The notes: a model not told the origin generated them from the letters alone. A DNA stretch of 64,000 bases from an uncultured delta proteobacterium (GCA_963737905.1 CAVTUQ010000034.1:107879-171878), one strand, 5' to 3'. Positions 50,535 to 61,493 are shown, counted from the stretch's first letter. Numbers and translations are program-made.

Positions 50535-51749
50535 TTAGTTCTCGATGTTCCTTAGACTGCGAGCGAATTTGGCCACCAATAACACTGCCACCGAGCCCAG
50601 ACCGCCGCCCAAGAATAACGCGCCGGGAATTCCAAGGAAGGTCGCCGCGGTACCCATCTGGGCGTGGCCCAGATAGGTACCGGCAGACATGAAAACTTGG
50701 TCGAAGCTCTTTACCCGGCCGCGCATCCGGTCCGGGGTGATCAGCTGCACCAAAGTGTCCCGCAATGTTTCACCGATGGCGTCCACGAGCCCCAAGAAAA
50801 AAACAATCACAAGAGATAGAGCCAAAGACCCCGATAAGGCAAAGCTTATAAGGCCAACCGTATAAAGCAGGGTGACCCAGATGATGAGTTTGCCCTTGTG
50901 TTTTGGATTTCCCATGACCATGACAATTCCCGAACCCACTAAAGCGCCGAAGGCGGGAACGCCCAGCAGAGCGCCCAGGCCTGCGGGGCCCGTGCCGAGA
51001 ATATCGCGGGCGATGGCCGGCATCATCGATCGATAGGCGCCGAAAAAGTTGACGCAAGTATCCATGCTCATCAATCCCAAAATCGCGGAATTCTCGCGAA
51101 TGAAATTGAAGCCACTGCGCACGCTCTGAAGAGGTGATTCCCTTTTTTCCGCAGCCGGGCTCGGGCGCGCGCGCATAAAGGCGAGGCAAATGATTACGCT
51201 GAAGAAACTCAAGCCATCGATGAAATAGGATGTACTGAGCCCGAACGCGGCGATGACGATCCCGCCCAAGAAGGGACCTGCCAGGGTAGCGATTTGACGC
51301 CAGGTGATGTTCAAAGCGTAAGCGGAGGCCAGCTGCTCGCTGGAAACCAACAGAGGAATCAACGCCGTTCTCGCGGGAGCATCAAAAATACCAACCGCTC
51401 CGGATAAGAAGGTGACGGCGTAAATATGCCAGACGCGGATCTGTCCCGTGGATGTTAAAAGACCTAGGATAAGGGCGAGGAGCGCCGCCAAGCTCTGAGT
51501 TAGGATCAGCAACCGGCGCCGATCCATTCGATCCGCCACAACACCGCCGGGTATAGAAAAAATCATGACCGGAAGCGCGCGGAAAAGTCCCGTCAACCCC
51601 AACTGGAACGGCGAGTCGGTAATCTCATAGACTTGCCAGGCAACAGCGACAGTGGAAATTTGGCTCCCTACCGCGGAGAAGAGGAGGCTAATCCAAAAAA
51701 GGCCAAAGTCTCTCTGGGCGAGGACTTGCCAAGGGGTAACTTGTCGCAT
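50535..51749 (-). CDS. MFS transporter (EntS/MFS_3-like)
   Basis: GVVADRMDRRR, PDRMRGRV, about 12 hydrophobic segments. Confidence 0.92.
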   Translation of the reverse strand: MRQVTPWQVLAQRDFGLFWISLLFSAVGSQISTVAVAWQVYEITDSPFQLGLTGLFRALPVMIFSIPGGVVADRMDRRRLLILTQSLAALLALILGLLTSTGQIRVWHIYAVTFLSGAVGIFDAPARTALIPLLVSSEQLASAYALNITWRQIATLAGPFLGGIVIAAFGLSTSYFIDGLSFFSVIICLAFMRARPSPAAEKRESPLQSVRSGFNFIRENSAILGLMSMDTCVNFFGAYRSMMPAIARDILGTGPAGLGALLGVPAFGALVGSGIVMVMGNPKHKGKLIIWVTLLYTVGLISFALSGSLALSLVIVFFLGLVDAIGETLRDTLVQLITPDRMRGRVKSFDQVFMSAGTYLGHAQMGTAATFLGIPGALFLGGGLGSVAVLLVAKFARSLRNIEN

Positions 51750-51828
51750 GATGCCGCTGGGAGCAGGCTTGCTGGCTTACGGGATCCCCAAAATTAACTA
51801 CCACGATTTCCAAGATCGCGCAGCACGA

Positions 51829-52674
51829 TTACTTGATGGCGCCCATGGTGAAGCCGGCGATAAAGCGATCTACGAAGAAGTTGTAGAGGATGGCGATGGG
51901 GACACTGGCGATAAAGCAACCGGCCATGAGAGATCCCCAGAAGTATACATCACCGTGAACCAGGAAAGTGGGTACGCCCACGCCGACAGTCATGTTTCGA
52001 ACCGACGAAATAAAGGTCACAGCGTAGACGAACTCTTGCATGACTAGGGTGAAGCTGAAGATCGCAACTGTCAGTATCCCGGCGAAGGAGATAGGAACAA
52101 CCACACGGAAGAAGGCACCGAGGCGGCTATAGCCGTCGACCATGGCGGCCTCTTCGATATCCTTTGGGATGGCTTTGAAGAAGGCCATCATCAGCCAGGC
52201 GGAAAAGGGGACGGTGAAGCTCGGGTAGACCAGTACCAGGGACCAAAGGGAATCGTCGAGCCCGAGGCCCACCACGACCCGCGAGAGCGGGATAAACAAG
52301 AGCGTGGGCGGAACCAGATAGGTGAGGAAGATGCCGATACCAAGCTTTTCTCCCCATTTTCCCGTGAGCCGCGCCAAGGCGTAGCCCGCGGGTACGGCAA
52401 GGACCAAGGTGATGATCACCACTAGAACGCCCACCAAGGCGGTGTTGAGAAGCCACTCGCCGTACTGGGTTTCTGAGAACAGGCGATGGATGTGCTCGAG
52501 GGTCGGCGGTTCATAGAAGAGGAAGGGATTATGCTTTAGATCGTACAGGTCGCCGGTTTGCTTAAAGGCGGTGATGAGCATCCAGACAAATGGGAAGGCG
52601 AGGAAGATCGTTAACGCGCCGAGGATGCTCCAGCGTGTTGCCTGTCCACCCCAAATTTTCACTCGCTCGCCCAT
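51829..52674 (-). CDS. Carbohydrate ABC permease
   Basis: IPKDIEEAAMVDG EAA motif. Confidence 0.92.
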   Translation of the reverse strand: MGERVKIWGGQATRWSILGALTIFLAFPFVWMLITAFKQTGDLYDLKHNPFLFYEPPTLEHIHRLFSETQYGEWLLNTALVGVLVVIITLVLAVPAGYALARLTGKWGEKLGIGIFLTYLVPPTLLFIPLSRVVVGLGLDDSLWSLVLVYPSFTVPFSAWLMMAFFKAIPKDIEEAAMVDGYSRLGAFFRVVVPISFAGILTVAIFSFTLVMQEFVYAVTFISSVRNMTVGVGVPTFLVHGDVYFWGSLMAGCFIASVPIAILYNFFVDRFIAGFTMGAIK

Positions 52675-52677
52675 TTT

Positions 52678-53562
52678 TCAGGTTACCTCGGTGCGGTGCG
52701 CGATGCGTAGAAAGCCGAAAGCGACGGCCAAGAGCAGGGGAAAGAGAAACAGGGCGATGGCGGCGCCCTCTGCCAGGTCGCCGCCTGCGATGCCGGTATA
52801 GAATGCCAGACTGGCCAGCACCTGAGTACTGTCAAACGGCCCGCCCCGTGTGAGGTTATAGATAATAACCATATCGGTGAACGTGAAGATCAAACCGAAA
52901 AGCAGCGCGATCAAGCTAATGGGAAGAATTAGCGGCAAGGTGACCTGAAAGAAATGCCGCCAAAAACCGGCGCCATCCACAGCGGCCGCATCGTGAATAT
53001 CTTGGGGAATCGAGCTGTGGCCGGCGAGCAGGATGACTGTCGCCAACGGGAGCTGGCGCCACACGTGAACGGTAATGACGGAACCCATCGCCAGGTTCGG
53101 CAACCCCAACCACATGAAGCCCTGCCCTTGGATCAAGCCAAGTATGCGGAGGGTCCAGTTCAAGACGCTGTAGGTGGAGTCGAAGATCCAGAGCCACGCG
53201 ATGGTGCCGATGGAAATCGGTGCCACCCACGGGAGTAGGATCAGAAAGCGAATCAGCCACTTGCCGCGAAAATCTCTCTGGAGGGTCAACGCGAGGGCGT
53301 TGCTGAGTAGCAAGATCACCACTTGGGAAACGAGGGCAAATATCAATGTGTTCTTCAGCGCGGTCTGGAACTTGGGAGTGCCGACGATGTTGGTGAAGTT
53401 GCGCAGCCCAACGAAACCCAGCGTTCCGCCACCGGTGGTGGTGTTGCTGACGCTGTAATAGAGCGCCATAAAAAACGGTAACCCGACCAACAGCACGATG
53501 TACAAGATAGCCGGGCCGATCAAGAGAGGTCCCAGCCACCGCTCGCTATCGATTATGGGCAT
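52678..53562 (-). CDS. Carbohydrate ABC permease
   Basis: GLRNF, IHDAAAVDGA, LTRGGP. Confidence 0.92.
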   Translation of the reverse strand: MPIIDSERWLGPLLIGPAILYIVLLVGLPFFMALYYSVSNTTTGGGTLGFVGLRNFTNIVGTPKFQTALKNTLIFALVSQVVILLLSNALALTLQRDFRGKWLIRFLILLPWVAPISIGTIAWLWIFDSTYSVLNWTLRILGLIQGQGFMWLGLPNLAMGSVITVHVWRQLPLATVILLAGHSSIPQDIHDAAAVDGAGFWRHFFQVTLPLILPISLIALLFGLIFTFTDMVIIYNLTRGGPFDSTQVLASLAFYTGIAGGDLAEGAAIALFLFPLLLAVAFGFLRIAHRTEVT

Positions 53563-53637
53563 CCGGCGATCTTGATGAGCGGGACAGGTTTTTCGCCTGC
53601 GATGCGGTCTGTAGGTGGAGGTCCATGGGCGGCGTAC

Positions 53638-54669
53638 CTATAGGGGGCGAGCGGAGATGCGGAGCTCCGTCGACTTATCGAAAAACTTAACCTCTTTGTC
53701 GTCCACTGTAAAATCGTAGGTGATGTCGGGCTTGATATTGACGGTCACCGTTGAAGGGAGGCGAGCAATCACTTTCTGGTCGGTAAAGGCGCCGCACAGA
53801 GTTCCATATAACAACCGGTCGGCCCCCAGGTACTCGACTCGGGTAACCCGGAACGGCAAGGTGACCAGCTTGGCCTCCCTGTCTTGAGTGCCTTTGGGGA
53901 GAAAGTGCTCAGGGCGAAAACCCAGGATGTAGTCTCGGTGTTGCACGAGATTCATCGGCGGCGATCCCACGAAGCGCGCCACAAAGGTATCGGCCGGCTC
54001 GTGGTAAATCTCCTGCGGCGTGCCGATCTGGCGCATTGTGCCCGCTCTCATGACAACGATGCGATCGCCGAGACCCATGGCCTCGACCTGATCATGGGTC
54101 ACGTAGATCGTCGTCGTGCCGATTCGCCGCTGAAACTGTTGTAGCTCGTCTCTGGCCGTTGCGCGTAATTGCGCGTCTAAATTGGAGAGCGGCTCGTCCA
54201 GCAGGAAGACCGCCGGCTCACGCACTAAAGCACGGGCCAAGGCCACCCGCTGGCGCTCGCCGCCGGATAGCTCCCGCGGCTTACGATGTAGCAGGTGGCC
54301 AATACCGAAAAGCGAAGCCGCCCACTCCACCTTTTGCGGAATGGACGCTTTTTCTACTCGTTGGGCCTTCAAGGGGAAGGCGATATTTTTGAACACGGTC
54401 ATGTGAGGATAGAGAGCGTAGCTTTGGAAAACCATGGCGATTTTCCGAGCTCGCGGCGGCAAGCCGTTCACCACTTCGCCGGCGATCAGCAGCTCGCCTG
54501 CGCTCGGTGTCTCGAAACCAGCGATCATGCGGAGGAGGGTAGTTTTGCCGCAACCCGAGGGACCGAGCAGCACGAGAAACTCGCCATCTTTGGTGGAAAG
54601 ATCGACGCCGTTGACTGCTGCGACGTCGCCGTAATACTTCTTGACCCCGCGGGTTTCTACCGTAGCCAT
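53638..54669 (-). CDS. MalK-type ABC ATPase
   Basis: GPSGCGKT, VFQSYALYPH, LSGGERQR, VTHDQVEA. Confidence 0.95.
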   Translation of the reverse strand: MATVETRGVKKYYGDVAAVNGVDLSTKDGEFLVLLGPSGCGKTTLLRMIAGFETPSAGELLIAGEVVNGLPPRARKIAMVFQSYALYPHMTVFKNIAFPLKAQRVEKASIPQKVEWAASLFGIGHLLHRKPRELSGGERQRVALARALVREPAVFLLDEPLSNLDAQLRATARDELQQFQRRIGTTTIYVTHDQVEAMGLGDRIVVMRAGTMRQIGTPQEIYHEPADTFVARFVGSPPMNLVQHRDYILGFRPEHFLPKGTQDREAKLVTLPFRVTRVEYLGADRLLYGTLCGAFTDQKVIARLPSTVTVNIKPDITYDFTVDDKEVKFFDKSTELRISARPL

Positions 54670-54716
54670 GCGATCTTCTTCATTTCCGGGGTCAAGCTAG
54701 GTGCGCAACACTGCAC

Positions 54717-56060
54717 CTACATCAGTTTCCGCTCGCGCCATTTTTCCCAGATGCGCCGGCATTCGAATTCCGCCTCTTTGACGGCATCCTCGGGGCTCAA
54801 TACGCCTTGGGCTGCCTTGGCGAACATGACGTTGATGACCCATTTCTGGTAGGTCTCGTCGATGGCCGCGTTGGCATAGCCAGGGTAGCCGATGTTGGTG
54901 GCCCAATTCAGCACGTCCTCCAGCACTTTGTACTTGTCCGGCGGTTTGGCCTTGGCGTCGTTGCCGACAAGCTGCTTCAGATCCGGCACCGTGCGTTGGA
55001 AACAAGGAAAGTCATAGAATTCGCCGTTCACGAATGCCTGGCGGAAGTTACCGACGTAGTCGACCAGAAACTTCTTGGCGCCGTCGATATTCTCGGCGAA
55101 CTTCCAGATGACGTAGACTCCCATCACATGTTCCAGGCCAATCCGGCGCACGGGACCGGCGGCCGCCTTGGCGAGGTGAATCTTTTCTGTGAAAGTCGGG
55201 TTGTCCTTCTCGCCGGTGCGCGTGATGGAGATAGCATTGAGTGCCACTGAAACGGTGCCTGCGAGCATGGCCCGGTTGTTGGAGGAGGGGTCCCAGGTAA
55301 AAACTTCAGGCGTCATGGTCTCTTGAAACAGCGCCTTGACGAACTTCACTGCCTCGATTGTGTTCTTCGAGTTCAAAGTCAGATAGCCGGCGGCGTCCTG
55401 CTCGTGAGCGCCAAAAGAGTACATGATCGTCCGCATAGCCATGGCTGTGTCGAGCTCCTGGGCGAGACCGATGCCCACCGGGATGTTGTGTTTCTGTTTG
55501 ATCTTGCGCCCGCCGTCGAGGATCTTCTCCCAGCTGTCGGGCACCACCCCGACATCATCCCACAGGTCCTTGCGCCAGTTTATGGGGTCCGGTGTGAAGG
55601 AGGGAGAGAAGCCAAAGTATTTCTTGGTTTTTGGGTTGTAGGTGCTCTTGATGGCGAGGTCGATGGGCTTGCCGTGCTTCTTCTCGCACTCCGCATAAAC
55701 GTCCTTCATGTCTATGGCCTGCTCCTCATAGAACGGCGGCGGCCACTCAAAGAGGAAGAGATCGTGGCCTTTCTGGGCCGACACCTCGGCCGCCGCGCGG
55801 GCGCTTAGGCCCGGGAGACCGATGTTGTCCACGGTCACTTCGGTATTGTTCTTATCGCCCCACTCCTTGACATATTTCTCGTTGAACCATTTGTCGAAGG
55901 CGGGGACGAAGTGCACCCACTGGAGAATCTTTAGGGTTTTTTTCGCGCTCGCGCCATAGGCCCGCTTCGGGACAATAAAGGGCGCGCCTAACCCTGTTGC
56001 CAGTGCCCCCGCAGCCGTTGTCTTAATGAAATCACGTCGAGTGATTCGTTTGCCAGCCAT
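54717..56060 (-). CDS. Tat-exported carbohydrate-family ABC solute-binding protein
   Basis: TRRDFIK Tat signal, LQWVHFVP, WRKDL; AAGGAGG RBS. Confidence 0.9.
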   Translation of the reverse strand: MAGKRITRRDFIKTTAAGALATGLGAPFIVPKRAYGASAKKTLKILQWVHFVPAFDKWFNEKYVKEWGDKNNTEVTVDNIGLPGLSARAAAEVSAQKGHDLFLFEWPPPFYEEQAIDMKDVYAECEKKHGKPIDLAIKSTYNPKTKKYFGFSPSFTPDPINWRKDLWDDVGVVPDSWEKILDGGRKIKQKHNIPVGIGLAQELDTAMAMRTIMYSFGAHEQDAAGYLTLNSKNTIEAVKFVKALFQETMTPEVFTWDPSSNNRAMLAGTVSVALNAISITRTGEKDNPTFTEKIHLAKAAAGPVRRIGLEHVMGVYVIWKFAENIDGAKKFLVDYVGNFRQAFVNGEFYDFPCFQRTVPDLKQLVGNDAKAKPPDKYKVLEDVLNWATNIGYPGYANAAIDETYQKWVINVMFAKAAQGVLSPEDAVKEAEFECRRIWEKWRERKLM

Positions 56061-56437
56061 GATAGCCTCCTTTCGATACGCAATCTTCCAGGCTCCCAAT
56101 TGAGCCACGGAAGTAATGGAAATTTGCTATTAACCCGGCAGGACAGTGAACACAAAAAACTAAGAAGCTACATGCCAGCCGGTCCTTCGCAGCACAAACC
56201 ATTCGGGCAAGAACGGCCTTGCGTCGAGTCAACTTTGTGACTCAAGTATATATCCGACAACAGAACGTTATGTCAATTTTATCCCGGCGAAATGAACGGT
56301 GGTTCGGCGTTGTGGGCGCTGATGCTCTCCCGAGAACGATTTCTTGGGAGTCGCCCAACTCAACGACCTGATTGGAGGGAGCGATCCGCGACTTTGCTGC
56401 TTGAAACCCGCAGCCGCTGGTCCATGTTTAGAGATGC

Positions 56438-56953
56438 CTAACCCGCAGAGTGTTGTACCTTGGGGTCGTTTCTGGCTTCCTCGCGATTTTCATAGAGTTC
56501 AACAGATAGATTGTAGAAGGAGCGAATAGTACGGTCTTCCACTTGTTCTTGGCCATCGCTGTCTTTGTACGAAAGAGTAATGGTCAAGGGTCTTACCTTC
56601 AGCTCTATGAACTTTGCCTGCTTGGATTCGAGATAGGCGCCTATTGTGCGTAAAGTGTTCGAGAGCCTGTGAAAGTCCGCCATCCGTCCCGGTATGGAGC
56701 GTTTGGTCTTACCTTGGCGTGACAGCTCTTCAACATCAGACAGAGCTAGAGTCAATGACTCTGCGTCAGATCCGCCGCGGAATCGCAATTTAAACTTATG
56801 CAGCTTCGACCGGACCGAGCCGGTACCCGGCGGGACGCCCTGTAGGACGTACCAATCTCCTAGCCGCTTTAATTCAAAGGAGCTAACGTTTTTGGCTTCG
56901 AGAGCCTGACCGATAGATCGAAAATCTTCGCCGTAAGAAATTTCAGTTGCCAT
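56438..56953 (-). CDS. Hypothetical protein with an internal two-fold repeat
   Basis: FRSIGQALE..K....FELK and LRTIGAYLE.K....IELK. Confidence 0.65.
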   Translation of the reverse strand: MATEISYGEDFRSIGQALEAKNVSSFELKRLGDWYVLQGVPPGTGSVRSKLHKFKLRFRGGSDAESLTLALSDVEELSRQGKTKRSIPGRMADFHRLSNTLRTIGAYLESKQAKFIELKVRPLTITLSYKDSDGQEQVEDRTIRSFYNLSVELYENREEARNDPKVQHSAG

Positions 56954-57192
56954 CGAAATTCGCCCCCATCACGAACAATTTGACCAGCGATTACCCTCGC
57001 CCATATCTAGACGATTCAGATCGAGAGCCACGTCTTTGATAGCCGTCTATCACCAACCGATCCGCGCTAGCGATAAGCTCAATTATAATGCAACCAGGGA
57101 CAATATGACAAAATAAAAAATCTCGGCCGCTTGCCATACGGGTCGAAGCTTAATTTTACGCTTGCCAAGGGGCGGGTTCTAGAGCTAGTTTC

Positions 57193-57780
57193 CTATCTCG
57201 TTTTAACAGATGACGCCGCTTCGTTTATAAAGGACCAGTTGGCAAGTTTGTCGAGAGGGAAAGTACTCGGTACTTCCGCCAGGTTTGCCGCGGCTCTTAA
57301 TCCTTTCTCGGAAGCGATCCCGCTGTCGGACCAAATATCTCTCAATCTCCCATAGGCTGTTTTGGCCATTTCTAAATTCTCGAGACCGAGGAATTCCTTC
57401 AATAAGGGAAGCACCTCTTCGTTATGCGTTTTGGTATAAGCGATTCCCTTTAGCGCTCCGACCAAAACTTTTTTCACTTCGTCCGGCCGGTCGCGAAGCC
57501 GGTCGTTATGCGCGACAAGACCGGCGAGAGGAAATTCCGAGATATCCTTAAGATAAACCAGCGGCCTGAATCCATCCTTCTCCAGATACAGGTCGTGAGG
57601 GATCAACAGTATCGCCGCGTCAACGTTGCCGCCCTTCAGGGCCGTAAAGCTGGATGGCTCTTACCAAAGTGGAGAAACTCCGTCAAACACTTTCCCGATC
57701 CGGGTTGGTGATCCGGGGGTCTGCTTCTTCCACGTCGGGACCATCACCGGTTCCTCGTTTGGTCTTTTCCGGCGCGCGCG
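57193..57780 (-). pseudogene. 5'-truncated NMT1/SsuA-type solute-binding protein; 5' boundary approximate
   Basis: ALKGGNVDAAILLIPHD...GLVA...RPDEVKKVL; N-terminal half absent and abuts the next gene. Confidence 0.65.
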
Positions 57781-57786
57781 ATCAGG

Positions 57787-58989
57787 TTAAGACCCGTTGG
57801 TGTCTATTACGCGCTGCATGTTCTCGGGCGAGAAGAACTCCGGGATCGGCACCGTCCCGGCAAGTGTGCCGATAAAGCGGTTTGTCTCTGCTTCGTTCCC
57901 ACGCAAGGCGGCGAAAAGCTGCTGCATCACAGGCGGCGGAGGGTCAAGGGTGGCCCACTGGCATGTGAACTCGTACATCGCCATCGCCTCTTCATTGCGC
58001 TTGTGTTCAAGCCGCTCCAGCGCCGTTTCCAAGGGCTCTCTGCCGGAGAAGCCTGCATCCAGTGCCTCGGCTAAGGCGTCCGCTCCGCGGAAAGCATCGC
58101 TGATTCCCTGGGCAGCGATCGGATCTTTATGGTAGGCGGCATCGCCGACGAGCGCCCACCCCGGCCCGTTCGGCTTGCGAAAGAAGTTCGGCAAGTCGGC
58201 CGTACCGACGAAACGGTCTTTCCGCTCGCCTTGGCGCACTCGCTCGTAAAGCGCGGGGGCGAGTTCAAGAGTCTTCAGGTAGTTGCCTTCGATGTCTGCA
58301 CGGTACTGCTTGAACTCTTTGTAGGTCCAGGCTACGGGGAGACATACGAGACCGTCGTTGGTAGGGATCAGGCCGAAAGCCCGGCCGGGGCGTGTATAAA
58401 ACTCCGGGCCTTCCGCGGATATACCGCTCCAGTATGTGTAATACCAGCAAGTCAGCGGTGGCTTGGCGTTGTATTCAGGCGCTTTCACAGCGTCGGCGAC
58501 GATCGAATGCCTGCCGTCGGCGCCGATCACGATGGATGATGTCTCCGTAAAGGATGCCCCGCCCTTGACGCTACAGCGAATACCGGTGACGCGTCCCCCG
58601 TCCGTCATGATCTCCTCCACCGAACAGCTTTCACGCAGCTCCGCGCCCGCCTCAACGGCGGCGTCCACGAGGATTGTGTCGAGCACCGTGCGCCGTGGCG
58701 CAAAGAACTCGGAGGTCCCGTCCGCGGGCGGAGGCGAACCCGTCAGAGCGAAGGGGCCGACGTCAAGGGTCAGTTTGCGCATCGCCGGACAGTTTGAAGC
58801 CCTGATCTTTTCCAGCAACCCCCAGCGCTTCAGCCGCGCGACGCCCGTCGGCCAGACGATATGCGTGGAAATGGTGTCGCTTGGGAAACTCGCTCTATCC
58901 ACGAGCAGCACTCGATAGCCCTTGCGGGCGAGCAGCATGGCGGTCGGTGAGCCTGCGCAACGGGCACCGACAACGATGGCATCGTACAT
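57787..58989 (-). CDS. FAD-dependent oxidoreductase (geranylgeranyl reductase/FixC-like)
   Basis: GARCAG, RRTVLD, IGADG, LVGDA...DPIAAQG; GGAGGA RBS. Confidence 0.9.
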   Translation of the reverse strand: MYDAIVVGARCAGSPTAMLLARKGYRVLLVDRASFPSDTISTHIVWPTGVARLKRWGLLEKIRASNCPAMRKLTLDVGPFALTGSPPPADGTSEFFAPRRTVLDTILVDAAVEAGAELRESCSVEEIMTDGGRVTGIRCSVKGGASFTETSSIVIGADGRHSIVADAVKAPEYNAKPPLTCWYYTYWSGISAEGPEFYTRPGRAFGLIPTNDGLVCLPVAWTYKEFKQYRADIEGNYLKTLELAPALYERVRQGERKDRFVGTADLPNFFRKPNGPGWALVGDAAYHKDPIAAQGISDAFRGADALAEALDAGFSGREPLETALERLEHKRNEEAMAMYEFTCQWATLDPPPPVMQQLFAALRGNEAETNRFIGTLAGTVPIPEFFSPENMQRVIDTNGS

Positions 58990-59088
58990 GGCTCCTCCTG
59001 TCACAGAAAGGTATAGCTGCCCTGGTATGATGTCTCCGAAATTCGCCCGGAAAGATTCCGCATGCTTCTAAAAAGAATTATTTTTGCC

Positions 59089-59104
59089 GCAAGACACATG
59101 CCAA
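59089..59104 (-). promoter_or_regulatory. sigma54 (-24/-12) promoter
   Basis: TTGGCATGTGTCTTGC (GG-N10-GC) about 100 bp upstream of the FAD oxidoreductase. Confidence 0.6.
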
Positions 59105-59286
59105 AGGATCCATCGCTCCATTTTGGAAGGACGTTCGGGTTGTCAAGGAATTCCTTGCATGAGTTTCCCTTCAGGACAGAGTTGGAAATGCTAACAACTC
59201 GACGAATCCCTCGATAATGTTTTTAGGTCGCTTAAACTCGCGGAAAGGATCTTGGGGAACGTTCAAGACCCGTATCCTGAAAAAAG

Positions 59287-60027
59287 TTAGGAGGCTGGAC
59301 CAGGCTTTCCCAGTGTCTCTTTGATTACTCCGGCGAGATCGGTTATCGCCTTGCCGCCATCGCCCCTGAAGGTGGAGCCGTGCATCAGGGCGAGAGTTCG
59401 TGGCTTCAAAGCGGCGAGCCGGCGGAGGGTAGCGTCGGTGTCAGGTGTATAGGGCATGTCCTTAGCCATCGGCCCGGAGAGGCTTTGCAGAATCGATTCC
59501 CGCGCGCGGTTGACGATGTCCGACTCCGTCACCGGCTCCGGTTCTCCCGGATGGAAAAAGAGATCGGAGCAGAGAAGCGTCCGATTGACTTCGTCGAAGA
59601 ATAACCCCGCGTCCCAGCAATGAGGCACGTGAGGCGTGGAAAGAAATTGCAGGTGGTGGCGCCCGGTCTGAAGGACCTCACCGTCGGCAAGCGGACGGGC
59701 CGGACGATCGGCGAAATCGTTGACCATCACCACGGCGCCGACAAAGCTGCATACCGCCTGCGCCTCGGGGGCGATCTTCAACCACTCGTTCAGCGCGCCG
59801 CACTCATCGGACTCAAAGTGGCTAAACCCGATCCAGCGTACCTTCGCGGGGTTGATAACCTTGGATACCGCCTCCAAAGTTGCTGAAAACATTTTCTTCA
59901 TCCCGGTGTGCATTAGAAATGGCTCGTCATCTTTCACGAGAAATTGGTTGAACTGGATGCCGAACTCGGGGTGGAACGTGGAGATGCGATAAATCTCCGG
60001 GGCGATCTCGGTTACGATACTTTGCAT
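59287..60027 (-). CDS. MBL-fold stand-alone di-iron protein (FprA N-terminal/ODP-like)
   Basis: [25 protein letters not shown]. Confidence 0.85.
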   Translation of the reverse strand: MQSIVTEIAPEIYRISTFHPEFGIQFNQFLVKDDEPFLMHTGMKKMFSATLEAVSKVINPAKVRWIGFSHFESDECGALNEWLKIAPEAQAVCSFVGAVVMVNDFADRPARPLADGEVLQTGRHHLQFLSTPHVPHCWDAGLFFDEVNRTLLCSDLFFHPGEPEPVTESDIVNRARESILQSLSGPMAKDMPYTPDTDATLRRLAALKPRTLALMHGSTFRGDGGKAITDLAGVIKETLGKPGPAS

Positions 60028-60199
60028 ACTGTTTCTCCCAACGACTTGAGTTGTTAAGGTTCTGTAATTTGACGACTGCATCGATTGTTATGCCGCCGAA
60101 AGATTATGTCAAGTTTTTATCGAGGCGCTTCATGAGTGAAGGTCGTTGACGAAAGTAGAATAAAAGTTTAGTTAGATGGTCCAGTGAAAGGGGGTTTTT

Positions 60200-61213
60200 A
60201 TGTGCGGGACTTGGAGATATTATCGTCGGGTTTGGGTGGTGGCGGTTTTCTTGGTTGTGATTTCGTGGGTGGCAGCGGAGGCCCAGGAAAAGATCCGCAT
60301 TGCCTACAGCTCGACAGACACCCTCAACTCGCTCTGGACTGTCGCCGACGACGCGGGTTTTTACAAAAAGCACGGTTTGGACGCGGAAGTTATCTACATA
60401 GGCAGCACGACGATCGGCATTGCCGCGATTGTCTCCCAGGACGTTCAAGTCGGCAATGCTGCAGGGAGCGGCGTCGCCAACGCGGCCGTACGCGGCGCGG
60501 ACACCGTATGTGTTGCCTGTTTCATCAACGTTCTTGCCTACGAGCTAGTTGTGCTCGAGAGCGTTAAAAGTGCCGAAGACCTAAAAGGAAAGTCCATCGG
60601 CATCAGCCGCTTTGGCAGCGTGTCGGATGTGGCGGCGCGTGAGTTGTTAAAGGGTCTGGGCCTGAGACCGATGGAAGACGTGAAGATTCTCCAGGTTGGG
60701 GGTGCGTCCGAGCGTGCGGCGGGCTTTAGCCGCGGGGTGATTGCCGGCTTTCCCTCCCCGCCGGGAAACGTAAATCTCATCCCCGGCGGGCTACCGCACC
60801 GGGTTTTAGCCGACATGGCGGACCTGCCCAAACCCTACCCGTTGCCGTTTATCTGCGCTGTGACCACGAAAAGTTTTCTGGCCAAGAATCGAGCAACTGT
60901 AAAAAAGACGGTCATGGCGCTTATTGAGACCGCGCACTTCTTTAAAAACAACAAAGAGGCCACACAAAAGATTGTGGCAAAATATCTGCGGGGCGCGAAC
61001 AAAGCCTATTTGGATACATCGTACGCGTCGACCGTTAAGATCTTGGAGAGAGTGCCTTATACCACGCGAGAGGGAATGAAAATCCAACTCGATGATGCGT
61101 TGAAGCAAAGCCCGGGCGCCAAGATCACGGTGGATAACCTGATCGACGACAGTATCGTGCGCGAGATCGAGCAGGACGGTTTCATTGACAAAGTTTACGG
61201 CAAGGGGAAGTAG
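60200..61213 (+). CDS. NMT1/SsuA-type ABC solute-binding protein
   Basis: GFYKKHGLD, DLKGKSIGISRFGS; signal peptide. Confidence 0.88.
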   Translation: MCGTWRYYRRVWVVAVFLVVISWVAAEAQEKIRIAYSSTDTLNSLWTVADDAGFYKKHGLDAEVIYIGSTTIGIAAIVSQDVQVGNAAGSGVANAAVRGADTVCVACFINVLAYELVVLESVKSAEDLKGKSIGISRFGSVSDVAARELLKGLGLRPMEDVKILQVGGASERAAGFSRGVIAGFPSPPGNVNLIPGGLPHRVLADMADLPKPYPLPFICAVTTKSFLAKNRATVKKTVMALIETAHFFKNNKEATQKIVAKYLRGANKAYLDTSYASTVKILERVPYTTREGMKIQLDDALKQSPGAKITVDNLIDDSIVREIEQDGFIDKVYGKGK

Positions 61214-61493
61214 GACAAAGGCACGGGATCGAGTGCGTTGAAACGCTAGGCGCTGACGCCGTAAAACGTTGCGAGTGGCTCGACCATTGCTCTGCGTGCC
61301 ATAGATCACGGTGGACCTGTTGTTCAAGCCGGCTCGTCGAGATACAGACTTGAGTCTAGCGAAAAGACGCTCCACGTCATCATCCGGAGTGGATCTGAGC
61401 GTTTCCTCACGCTTCATTCACTTCGCACACATCTAGCCTTTTTGCTGGTAATCCTGCCAAAAATGCCGCACAATTTGCGTCTTCCAGACAGTC

